Shown: positions 1-12,000 of the stretch, piece by piece | Layout: each line of letters begins with the position of its first letter | Numbering within the stretch: the stretch's first letter is position 1 | Source: Malacoraja senta | Taxonomy: Eukaryota | Length of the DNA: 56,129 nucleotides | NCBI GenBank assembly: GCA_038087875.1 | Contig: JAXLNO010000320.1 | Span: 310,001 to 366,129 of the forward strand | Direction of reading: 5' to 3' | Notes under the pieces: generated by a model | What the model saw: the letters and a program-made list of their open reading frames with translations, nothing else | Databases searched by the model: none | Told to the model about the DNA's origin: nothing | Program-made: the position numbers and the translations under genes

Positions 1-660
1 TTTTACTTTGCTCCTTAGTTCCAGAATCTCCTCCAGTGATACACTTGATCCCAGCTGCCTATACCTGTCCCATGGGTCCTTCTTATTCTTGACCAATGCC
101 TCAATTTCTCTCGTCAGCCTTGCCTGCCTTGCCCTTATCTAATATGGACATGCATATTCTGAGCTTTTGTCAGCACACTTTTAAAAACATCCCACTTGGC
201 TGATGTTCCTTTCCCCTGAAACAACCTGCCCCAATCAACTTGAGCGAGACTTTCTCTCATACCCTCAAAGTTGGCCTTACCCCAATTTAGCATTTTAACA
301 CATGGGCCCTCTCTATCCCTATCCATAACTATTTTAAACCTAATTGAACAGTGATCACTCGTCCCAAAAGGCTCCTCCACGAACACTTCATTCACTTGCC
401 CTTCCCAATTTCCCAGGACTAGATCAAGTGTTGCGCTCTCACTCATGAAGCCCTCTACATATTGCCGTAGAAAACTCTCCTGAACACCTTTGAGAAATTG
501 CACCCCATCTAAGCCTTTCACACCATGATTTTCCCACTCAATATTGGGAAAGTTAAAATCCCCTACTATACCTTACTTGACCTGCAGCTGACTTCAATCT
601 CATGGCATATTTGTTCTTCTAATTCCCGATGACTATTTGGAGGTCCGTAGTACACCCCCA
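1..660 (-). mobile_element. CR1-type LINE fragment (endonuclease/linker region)
   Basis: ATLDLVL, GTSDH, NWGKANF motifs in ORF 135..521. Confidence 0.85.
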
Positions 661-2549
661 CTACTTCTCCAATTTCAGGAGATATTGTGCATCTTGCCTT
701 CAATCATTGCACAATGAGACTCTGGTCTCCGAAGTCTCCTCCCTAAAACTCTGTTTCTCTATTCCCCTTTTAAGACCACATTAAAAACAAATGGCTTATA
801 ATATCTCCTTTTGTGAATTGGAACCAGTGATTACTAATGTTCCTGTGAAGCATCTTGGGACAATTTATATTAAGTGCACTATTTAAATTCGATTTTCTGT
901 TGTTGTGATTACTTATATGAACCAGTGATAGTCCCTTGAATCCTTGCTGAAAAAATTAGGATCAAATGCTTTGCTGAAAGAAAACACCCCAACTTGTTTT
1001 TCAGGAAAGGGCATTTTTTGATGAATTATGCAAGGGTAAGTAACTTAATTTACCCATGTGATATGCACTAATGAATTAATCTTTTAATACATTACATGGT
1101 TTCTCTTTTCTATTTGTGGTCCTTTTAAACCACAGGTCAGCTGAAACATCTGCATGTTTTTTAAGCTTTAAATACACAAACATCTAAGGAAGACTGAGCA
1201 AAACATAACGTGCTGGAGGAACTCAGTAGGTCAGGCAGCACCTGTGGAAGGAATAGACAGGTGATATATCATGTCGGGACCCGAGGATGCTGTTAAAACC
1301 TTACAACTGATGCTGATGAAAAATGACAATCATAGGACTATCCTTTCAGCAAAGGGAAATTACCACTAAAATTGGGTTCCGCTCCGAACTCGTGTGAATC
1401 TTTGCAATTATCCAAAATATTGCAGTGTTTTATGTGATATGTCTCAGAAAGAAGGCTGCAAAGATTTTTTTGCAGCGAGAGTAGTCTTAACTTTGACCAA
1501 GGAACCGTGCAGAACATTCATGTTTGCTTGTCATACAAACGTCATGTAGTAAGCCAATAGAAATGCTCTCAGAGTAAGCCAAGGTGACCCCCACTCTCAC
1601 AAAGATCATCTTGGGGTCCTCGCATGCTGTCAAGAACATCTCTGCCAGCAGAGTGGGAAACCTTCATTTTGAAAAATGTGACTTGCATTCTCACATGGAA
1701 GGGGCATTTGATTGCAATACCAAACTGACCAAACTACAAACATTCACGGAGTGCACGCACCCTAGATATGATGGTGACATTTAAGAGACCTTTGGATAGG
1801 CACATAGATATGCAGGGAATGGATTACATGTGGGCAGATAAAAATTGATTTTGGCATCATATTTGGCACAGACATTGTGGGCTGAAGGGCCTGTTTCTGT
1901 GCTGTACTGTTCTAGTACTATGTTCCTTACAGATCACCATGGCAACATTTTGCTATGATTTCCATCAGTTTTGTATAATGAATTTCACCATTTATTTTAG
2001 CCATTTCTGATTTGATGAACCTTGAGCACTTTTTTGCAGGATTTCTTAAAGTGTCTTTTAACTGTCAATATTGTACCCTCCTCTACAACTTCCTTTGGAA
2101 GTTTGTTCCATGTTTTCACTGTGATAAATGATGATTCAATGGCCAAAATTTGCCTCTGACTTGATTTTTAGACATTTTATTTTGGATTACAACTGGTGCT
2201 GTTCTCTCACATGAAGTATATTGTAGAACCGAAGGATCAAATTGAATATGCATTTCCTCTACAAATTAGGGAACACTGCTGCACAATGCACTATCAAATT
2301 GGCCTCAAGAAGATTGATCTAAACAGCAATCACAGACTTCCAACTACCAGCAGGTTCCCCCTCAAAATAAAACAGCCAGATATGCAAAATGAAATCCTGC
2401 ATTATAATCTACTATTGGGTTTGATAATGAACTTTGGTCCACGGACAGAATGAGGGTTATGGATCCTGAGATTAAAGCAGAGGAATCGGATAAGGGTGTG
2501 GTGCTTAATGTCGAAAATCACACAAATAGATTAGTGATATATTTAACTA

Positions 2550-3976
2550 CAGTGGTTTGCAAAAGTTTTCATACCCCTTGAACTTTTCCACATTTTGTCA
2601 CGTTACAACCACAAACGTAAATGTATTTTATTAGGATTTTATGTGATAGACCAACACAAAGTGGTGCATAATTGTGAAGTGGAAGGAAAATGATACATGG
2701 TTTTCAATTTTTTTTACAAATAAAAAACTGAAAAGTGTGGCGTGCAAAAGTATTCAGCCCCCCTGAGTCAATACTTTGTAGAACCACCTTTCGCTGCAAT
2801 TACAGCTGCAAGACCTTTGGGTTATGTCTCTACCAGCTTTGCACATCTAGAGACTGACATTTTTGCCCATTCTTCTTTGCAAAATAGCTCAAGGTCAGTC
2901 AGATTGGGTGGAGAGCGTCTGTGAACAGCAATTTTCAAGTCTTGCCAGAGATTCTCAATTGGATTTAGGTCTGGACTTTGGGCCATTCTAACACATGAAT
3001 ATGCTTTGATCTAAACCATTCCATTGTAGCTCTGGCTGTATGTTTAGGGTCGTTGTCCTGCTGGAAGGTGAACCTCCGCCCCAGTCTCAAGTCTTTTGCA
3101 GACTCTAACAGGTTTTCTTCCAAGATTGCCCTGTATTTGGCTCCATCCATCTTCCCATCAACCCTGACCAGCTTCCCTGTCCCTGCTGAAGAAAAGCATC
3201 CCCACAGCATGATGCTGCCACCACCATGTTTCACAGTGGGGATGGTGTGTTCAGGGTGATGTGCAGTGTTAGTTTTCCGCCACACATAGCGTTTTGTATT
3301 TAGGCCAAAAACTTTGGTCTCATCTGACCAGAGCACCTTCCTCCACATGTTTGCTGTGTCCCCCACATGGCTTGTGGCAAACTGTAAACGGGACTTCTTA
3401 TGGCTTTTTTTCAACAATGGCTTTCTTCTTGCCACTCTTCCATAAAGGCCCGATTTGTGGAGTGCACGACTAATAGTTGTCCTGTGGACAGATTCTCCCA
3501 CCTGAGCTGTGGATCTCTGCAGCTCCTCCAGAGTTACCATGGGCCTCTTGGCTGCTTCTCTGATCAATGCTCTCCTTGCCCGGCCTGTCAGTTTAGGTGG
3601 ACGGCCATGTCTTGGTAGGTTTGCAGTTGTGCCATACTCTTTCCATTTTCGGATGATGGATTTATACTGAGATTAGATTACACACAAGTGGACTCTATTT
3701 ACTAATTAGGTGACTTCTGAAGGCAATTGGTTGCACTGGATTTTATTTAGGGACATCAGAGTAAAGGGGGCTGAATACTTTTGCACGCCACTTTTCAGTT
3801 TTTTAATTGTAAAAAATTTTGAAAACCATGTATCATTTTCCTTCCACTTCACAATTATGCACCACTTTGTGTTGGTCTATCACATAAAATCCCAATAAAA
3901 TACATTTACGTTTGTGGTTGTAACTTGACAAAATGTGGAAAGGTTCAAGGGGTATGAATACTTTTGCAAGCCACTG
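2550..3976 (-). mobile_element. Tc1/mariner (DD34E, IR/DR type) DNA transposon, defective
   Basis: TA TSDs at 2548-49 and 3977-78; about 210-bp TIRs (2550-2762, 3766-3976) starting CAGTGG with inner and outer direct repeats (TGCAAAAGT.TTCA); transposase motifs GRPPKL, WSDETK, QQDNDPKH, SPDLNPIENLW. Confidence 0.96.
2768..3660 (-). pseudogene. Tc1 transposase pseudogene
   Basis: N-terminus deleted (frame starts at SIIRKWKEYG), small deletion after WSDETK, frameshift at EWP, premature TAA near the C-terminus, ends GGSTKY* at 2768. Confidence 0.92.
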
Positions 3977-6060
3977 TATATGGTATTGTGGATACCATTC
4001 TTACTTCTCAGCCAGAAAACGATGGTGCTCTGGTTGGGCACTTCAATATCTATCACCAAGAGAGATCTGATAGTCCCCACTGCATCTCTCTCTCTCTCTC
4101 TCTCCACACTACCTGACCAATGATCGGGGCTGTTCGTATATGTTAATCCATCTGTAGGATGTTGCAGCAATTCTTGTTTAAGCTTCAGATAATTTGCTTT
4201 TTTTTTACATCTGTGTTTGGGGAACAGGGAGGAATACCAAGGCTGCCAGAAATGATGAACACACACAAATTCGCAATTTAAACTGTTTGCCAATTTACTT
4301 TCATTTCTAGCAGCTTGATTTTAAAGGACTGAGATCTCTCTTGAACTGAAAGCAGCTATTAAAAATCTAATTGGTTTAATACAACATATGGATCCTTGTT
4401 ATTTAATCTAGGATAAAACAAATGTGGCTAGTTGTTACCAGTTTGTTTATTTTCAGACAAGATTGGCTCCCTCTGCTTTATAAAATAGAGCTGATTTTAG
4501 ATTCTGTTAACCATGAAGTACACCAATTCTGAATAGTGCTTTCGGGCATTTCAGTGAGCTGGTGATGTCAGAAAGAGTTAAATATATTTAAGTGCCAAGG
4601 ATACCCCACAATCTTTGTTTACCACAGGAATATGTTTGAATGAATGCTTGGCCATTGGGAACAATGTACCTGATCACTATTAACAGTTCCTTTCTTGGCA
4701 CAGAAATCTTCAGTCAGAGTTTGCTCTTTATCAAAACTTGCCATCATTGATCTTTGTAAACTAGACTCTTGGTGTTAGATCTTATGATCTGGAGATGGTT
4801 AAAACAGAAACCTATCCTACTACATTAAGATAATTGATATGTGTGCAACATAGCACACCACTTGAGAGTAAAGCCTTCACATACAGTTAACTATTGAAAT
4901 GCAACTGTTCAGACCTCTTACCACTCAAATGGATTGGCAAAGCAGAGGTGAAAGACTTCATCTTGGTTCAGATTCAATAATGTCCTAGTTACTTATAAAC
5001 AAAATACTGTTTGATGCTCATAATTTACTGTGTTAATTTGCTAGTTATATCTAGTCAGATTTGGATGTATCAAATTAAAATATTACAAAGTTTGATTGTA
5101 GGCCAGAGGATTAGCAATTTAAAAAAATAAGTAAAAGATGATAAAACAAATTATAATGGTGAAGATGGAGTATGAGAGTAAAGTAGCAAATAGTATAAAA
5201 TATACTGTAAAAGCTACATGTATATAATAAGGAGGATAGTATCTAAAGTAAAAGTCCCTTAGAAATGAGACTTGGGAATTAGTAATGGGAAATGAGGACA
5301 TGGCAGAATAATTATTTTATTACAAAATAATTATGTCTACCTTCGATTTTCCAGCATCTGCAGTTCCTTCTTAAACATAATTATTTTGGATCAGTCTACA
5401 TGGTTAAAAATATCCCGATTATAATCATTGATTATAATCATCTTCTTTGGCACCTCTCAGGATTGAGGGGGACTTAGTTCCATTTTAGTCTTATGTGTTC
5501 TGAGGTAGCTGATGAGCATACACCACAATATAATACATGGCTTTTGAATCAGTCAAAAGCTGATCGAGTCTGAGGTTTCCCATTTCCTGGGTACATTCCT
5601 CTCAATGGACAATGAAAAACCAGGAGAACTTTCAACCTTTGGTTGGAGGTATTTTTTAATAAACATGCGTTCCTGATTGTTAATAAAATATTTAGCAACA
5701 ATGCAAAATATTGACCCTGGTTAAAAATTCACAAGGAGAGGTGTGAGCAAGTGTGGCAGGAGCAAAGGTGGCCTTGTGAGTGTGGGGAGCAATGAGGGCA
5801 ATGGTGAGCTTCAGCCAGCGATGCGAGGGTTGCTGCACAAAGCGAAGCGTTGGGGTGATGGTGAAGGTGAGCAAGGGATGAGGGGGACACTGAATGAGCA
5901 AAAGGTGAGGGAGATGGTGAGTGTGACGAGGGGTGAGAGAGGCAGTCTCTTGCCCGTTAATGATCTTGTGAATGGCACTTGACCAGAGAAGAAGTTGCTC
6001 CTCCGTTGACTGATGGGTCTGTCAGGAGATGAAGATCGGAGAAATGTCTTTGGCTGAAAT

Positions 6061-6069
6061 CTAGTCATC
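6061..6069 (-). CDS. CORO7: CORO7 terminal coding exon (DD*), followed by 3' UTR
   Basis: cttcttttctgctattgcag|GAT GAC TAG; candidate ATTAAA poly(A) signal at 5655-5660 (minus strand). Confidence 0.8.
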   Translation of the reverse strand, partial: DD

Positions 6070-9000
6070 CTGCAATAGCAGAAAAGAAGCAGGTTAGCTT
6101 TTAACACATAGCACCGTGAAAGAGCCATGAGGGTAACATTTGTATCATCTAGTACTTTATTGAGATATAGGAAGATAATTTGATATAGTACTGAGTTGAG
6201 AGCACCGAACAACCCATAATCCAGTGTCACTCATCAGAAAGGAGATGACGAGGTTGGTGTAGTACTTTGCAGTCCATTTCTAGTAGAAATACGGTTCTTG
6301 AAACAGCAGAGAAGGAGTTCCAACTATTGTTCCCAGCCTTGGATGCAACTCAAATCAGCCCCTCAAATCAGCCCCTCAAATCATTAATGAGGCATTAATT
6401 AGATCATTAATTAAATTTTAAACTATGCATTACTGTTTACCCATGCTAACATTGTATCCTTACTTATCTATCTACTTCTACCTATTAAAAAAAAAAATCC
6501 CTCAGCTTCCACTCCCATTGATGAAGAGTTCCAAAGACCCATGAGAGAAATCCATATTTAAACAGCAATCCCCAGTTTCAGATTCTACCACAAGAGGAAA
6601 GATCCTGTTCCAGTCATAAAGTCATAATGAATAGGAGTTGAATTAGGCCATTCGGCCCATCAAGTCTACTCTGCCATTCAATCATGGCTGATCTATCCCT
6701 CCTAACCCCATTCTCCTGCCTTCTCTCCATAACCTCTGACACCTCATGTCCCCTCTCAGCTTTGACCGTCCATTCTTTTCCTAACATAGCCTGCTTATTC
6801 CATGTACTAGTCCAATAAATCTCTGAACTGCTTCTAACACATTCACGTCCTTCTTTAAACAGATCAGTACCTACACAGAATTCCAGTTGTGATCTCACCA
6901 GAGTCCTACATAATTGAAGAATAACTACTTTTCTCCTCAGTTCCCCTCACAATGAACAGCCCTTTCACTTTTTTCTACCTACACTTTCTCTGTAGCTGTA
7001 AGACTATACTCTGTTTCCATTCTCTTTTGCTTTATCCTTTGTACTCATGTATGCTGTGATTTACCTGGATAGCACACAAACCAAAAATTTTCACTATCTC
7101 AGTACACATGCCAATAATAAACCAATACTAATACATTCTATTAGCTGTCCTTATTACTTGCTCGACCTTCACATATGCACCAGATACCCCTCGGAGCTCT
7201 AGTCTCCCAATTTTGAATTATATATTTCAAAATGGACAATTTCACGTGTTGCAATATTATTCCACACTATATTCTATTTGTCCACGTAGAACTTAATGGC
7301 CTTTTTATGTCCCTTTCACTACTTATTTCCTAGCTTTGTTCATTACCAAATTTAGCAACCAAAGTTCAGAGTATTTACCCAGATCATTTATATAAATTGT
7401 AAAATAGACAATAGACAATAGGTGCAGGAGTAGGCCATTCGGCCCTTCGAGCCAGCACCGCCATTTAATGTGATCATGGCTGATCATCCCCAAAAGACTG
7501 AGACCCAGTGCTAATCCCTGTGAGCGAGCAATTCGGACTCTGCTGCACACTCCTGTACAAGGTACACTGAGGGGAGGAAGACCACCGTCAGACATGTTGC
7601 ACCCTGTCCACACTGCGCACCTACTGCCGGCTCCACCAGCCACCCACACAGTGCACCACCGATAGTACTTACCCACTCCTCCTCATCTACCCCTTCAAAG
7701 GAATCCTGAGGCAGAGGTTCATCCAGGTTCCCAAGTTTCAACACCATGGCACTCAGCAGCTGCAAGGGGAGAAGTCAATGAGTCATCCCGATATACTGCT
7801 AGCTATTCTATCTGATCTGTTCACAGAATCAGAGTATGGCACAGGAGGCCATTCAGTCTACTGAATCCATGCTGGCTCCCCAGTAATAAGTCTATTATTA
7901 CTATTGCACTTTATCTGTTTATTTATTGTGTATATATGGTCTATGGTCTATAGACACACTGAACTTTATCTCCCATTCTGTATTATGTTTACATATCCTG
8001 TTGTGCTGCAGCAAGTAAGAATTTCATTGTCCTATCTGGGACACATTCAAGATTCAAGAGAGTTTATTGTCATGTGTTCCAGATAGGACAATGAAATTCT
8101 TGCCTTGCTTCAGCACAACAGAATATAGTAGGCATAAATAAATACAGAACAGATCAGTGTGACCATATACCATTGAATATATATATATATATACACACAC
8201 ATAAATAAGCAGATAAAGTGCAATGGGCTATTAATGTTCAGAGTTTTGTTTGAGTTGAGTTTAATAGCCTGATGGCTGTGGGGAAGAAGCTGTTCCTGAA
8301 TCTGGATGTTGCAGATTTCAGGCTCCTGTACCTTCTACCTGAAGGCAGCGGGGAGATGAGTGAGCGGCCAGGATGGTGTGGATCCTTGATGATGCTGGCA
8401 GCCTTTTTGAGGCAGGGACTGCGATAGATCCCCTCAATGGTAGGGAGGTCAGAGCCGATGATGGACTGGGCAGTGTTTACAACTTTTTGCAGTCTTTTCT
8501 GCTCCTGGGCGCTCAAGTTGCCGAACCAAGCCACGATGCAACCGGTTAGCATGCTCTCTACCGTGCATCTGTAGATGTTCGAGAGAGTCCTCCTTGACAT
8601 ACCGACTCTCCGTAATCTTCTCAGGAAGTAGAGGCGCTGATGTGCTTTCTTTATATTTGCATCAGGAGAGATCTTCAGAGATATGCACGCCCAGGAATTT
8701 GAAGCTCTTGACCTTCTCCACCATCGACCCGTTGATATAAACGGGACTATGGGTCCCCATCCTACCCCTTCCAAAGTCCGCAATCAGTTCCTTGGTTTTG
8801 CTGGTGTTGAGAGCCAGGTTATTGTGCTGGCACCATTTGGTCAAACGGTCGATCTCACTTCTATACTCTGACTCATCTCCATCAGTGATACGTCCCACAA
8901 CAGTGGTGTCGTCAGCGAACTTGATGATGGAGTTCGCACTATGACCGGCTATGCACTCATGAGTATAGAGTGAGTACAGCAGGGGGCTGAGCACGCAGCC

Positions 9001-12000
9001 TTGAGGTGCTCCCGTGCTGATTGTTATCGAGGCTGACACATTTCCACCAATATGGACAGACAGACTGTGGTCTGTGGATGAGGACGTCGAGGATCCAATG
9101 ACACATGACATTAAAACTCTTGACTCTCTTATCTTTTGACCTGCACTTTAAATCTATTTTACATTTCGTAACCCAGCAACTAATGAGAACAGTTTCTAAC
9201 AATTTACTTACCCTAGCTAATCTTGTTAATGATCTTGTCCATTGCCATCAAATCTCTTCTCTATCATCTTTGCTCCAAGAGGAACCCAGCTTCTCTCCAT
9301 CTAACATTGCATTTGAAATTCCTGAGACCGGTCTAGTTATTTGTTTGATATATCTATAAGGCCATCATGTCTTTCCTTAAGTGTGATGACACAGTTGAAT
9401 GGCATACTAACATTATATGAACATCATGAACTTATAAAGAATCACCTTCCTGCCTTTGTACCCCACACCTTTCCCTATGAAGATGCATGCCTGTCTACAC
9501 AGATCAGAGCATAGATTATAAAAGTTGGGGCATTATGGTGGAACTTTAAAAAACACTGGTTAGTCCACATGGAGTATTGCAGGCAGTTCTGCAGATTCAA
9601 TCATTCAATATTTGTCACTTCCTTTGGAAAGTCTTACAGCAACACCACTTCTTCCACTGCTGTACAGCTCCTAGTGTTGGGTGTTTGTCACACAGCAACA
9701 GTCCACTGAGGCTGCATGAATAAGAAGGGGTGATCACTTTGGTAGGGTTGTATTATAGACCCCACCAATAGTCAGTGAGAGTTAGAGGAGCAAATATGTA
9801 GGGAGATCGAAAGTAGCTGTGAGAATAATAGGGCTGAGATAGCAGGTGATGTTGTCTGGGAATCTCATTGTTGAAGGAGGGGGGTGGGGTGGGAAAACAG
9901 GGGCAATATAAAGGAAATAAGGGCCTTGAGAATGGGAGATGTGTGTGTGTGTGAAGGTGGGGAAAGGAGCAGGACTACTGGGAAGTGTAATTAAGGTGCA
10001 TTTGAACAGTCACCCTGCCCGTTTCCCCTATTTCATACACTTATCTCCTATCTCCAGGTCCCTTTCATCCCCGCTCTTTCCCCGCCCTCAAGGAACCATG
10101 GGATTAGTGTAGAAAGGTTGAAAGGTCGACATAGATGTGGTGGGCCGAAGGGCCCGCTTCTGTGTCGTACAATTCTAAGATTCTATAACAACCTTTACTG
10201 CCTTTGCTCCATATCACCTGTACTTAGAAAAATACTATCAATCATAGTGATGAAAATTCCAGTTAAGCTGGATCTTAATTCTGGATCTTTCCTGTGAATC
10301 TCCCATCACCCGTTCCTGCGACTGTTCATCCACGGTAAATGATACTCTGAATAAGTCGTTCTTTGGTGTGAGGCACAAGGAAAAACTAACAAGAGCAGGA
10401 CTGCTGATGGAGGGTGCTCTGTGGAAGATGGGAACCACATACAATCACATTATTTCCTTAAAACAGAAGCAAAGGGTGAAGATTAAAGAGGATGGAGGAG
10501 AGAGGAGTGAAGGAAACAGTTATCCGTGATAGCAACAGTGAAAAGCAGACTAACAGGGAGAAGGAAATGAACAAAGAGAGTGAGTGGGACAAAGATAATG
10601 AAAGAAACAGAAACACCGACAAAAAGAGAGGAATTGACAATAAAAAGGAACACAGGTCGAAGTGCGAGGGGAGAGAGACGTACACAAACACACAAAGAAG
10701 AAAGAAAGGATAATAAAAGAGATATTTTGAAGTCAATATTACCTCTTCCTTTTTCTCCTCATCTGTTTTCTCCTCCAGGTAGAAAGATGAGGGCTGGTAC
10801 TTTCTGACAGGTGCCTCTTTAGGCGCAGCACTCACTGTAGAAGAAATCTACCATTAATACTGGCCTCAAATACATGGGAATCATGTTCCCTCCAAGATGG
10901 AGATTACACACAGCAGATGTAAAGCACAACACAATAAAAAAATTACTTCTTATCCATGTCAGAATATAGGATGGATGCCACATAACTACGTCCCCCCATC
11001 TGCAGAGATACAACTGGCCTTTATGATGTGGCCTGCAGTTGTAATTTGGTGAGTATATTGTAGACATTAATTCTGTTTCTCTTTCCACAAATGCTGCTGA
11101 ATGTTTCCAGCATTTTTTATTTCAGATTTCCAATCTCTTGTATATAAATATGGGAAAGTGTTTGCATTACAGGGGTCCCATTGATATCATATATATGTGA
11201 AGGGAAAGCAAGAGTGAATGAGTGCGTGAAGAAAGAGGGAGTGAGTGGGTGAGTGAAGAGGGAGAGGGGGTGAATGGGTGAGGTGAGACGGTAGTCAGTC
11301 AAGTCAAGTCACTTTTATTTCTATAGCACATTTAAAAAAACAACTCTCGTTGACCAAAGTGCTTTACATTGGTGGAGGTACTAACGTTATACAACAGTGG
11401 TTCATAGATTAAGTACATACATAAATACATACATATAGCCCTCCCTCAGAGGACTTCAAGAAAGGCTTGAGAGTAAAGATGAGTTTTAAGTCTCGACTTA
11501 AAAGAGTCGATGGAGGCGACAGTTCTGATGGGAAGAGGGATGATGTTGGGGTGAGTGAAGAGGGAGATTGAATGAGAAAGTGAAGAGACAGAGTGAGTGA
11601 GGAGGGAGTGTTGGATTGCACAGAGTATATAATTTGTTAGGGACTCGATGCATCGGTCGTCCCTTGTTATTAGGAATGAGGTGGGGGGGGGGTGAGGAGG
11701 TAGGGGTGGTGCAGGTACCTGGGGTCATGTTGTCAGGCTTCAGCCCCATCTTCTGATGCTGCCCATTGGCTCCGGCCAGCCAGGCAGAGGCTGTGAGAGC
11801 TGGTCTCCACCATATGGTGGTGTCTGGGAAAATATCATCCTGGAAAAAGTCTTTCTGTGAAGAATAATTAGCAGAAAATAATAACAGGAGTTCTGCAGAA
11901 GGAGCCACGGGGAAAGGACAGGTATAACCTGCTCAGCACCCAAATCAGCCAGATATGGCTTTGCTGGACCAACCCTTTTCCCAGACGTGGTGTCCACTGG

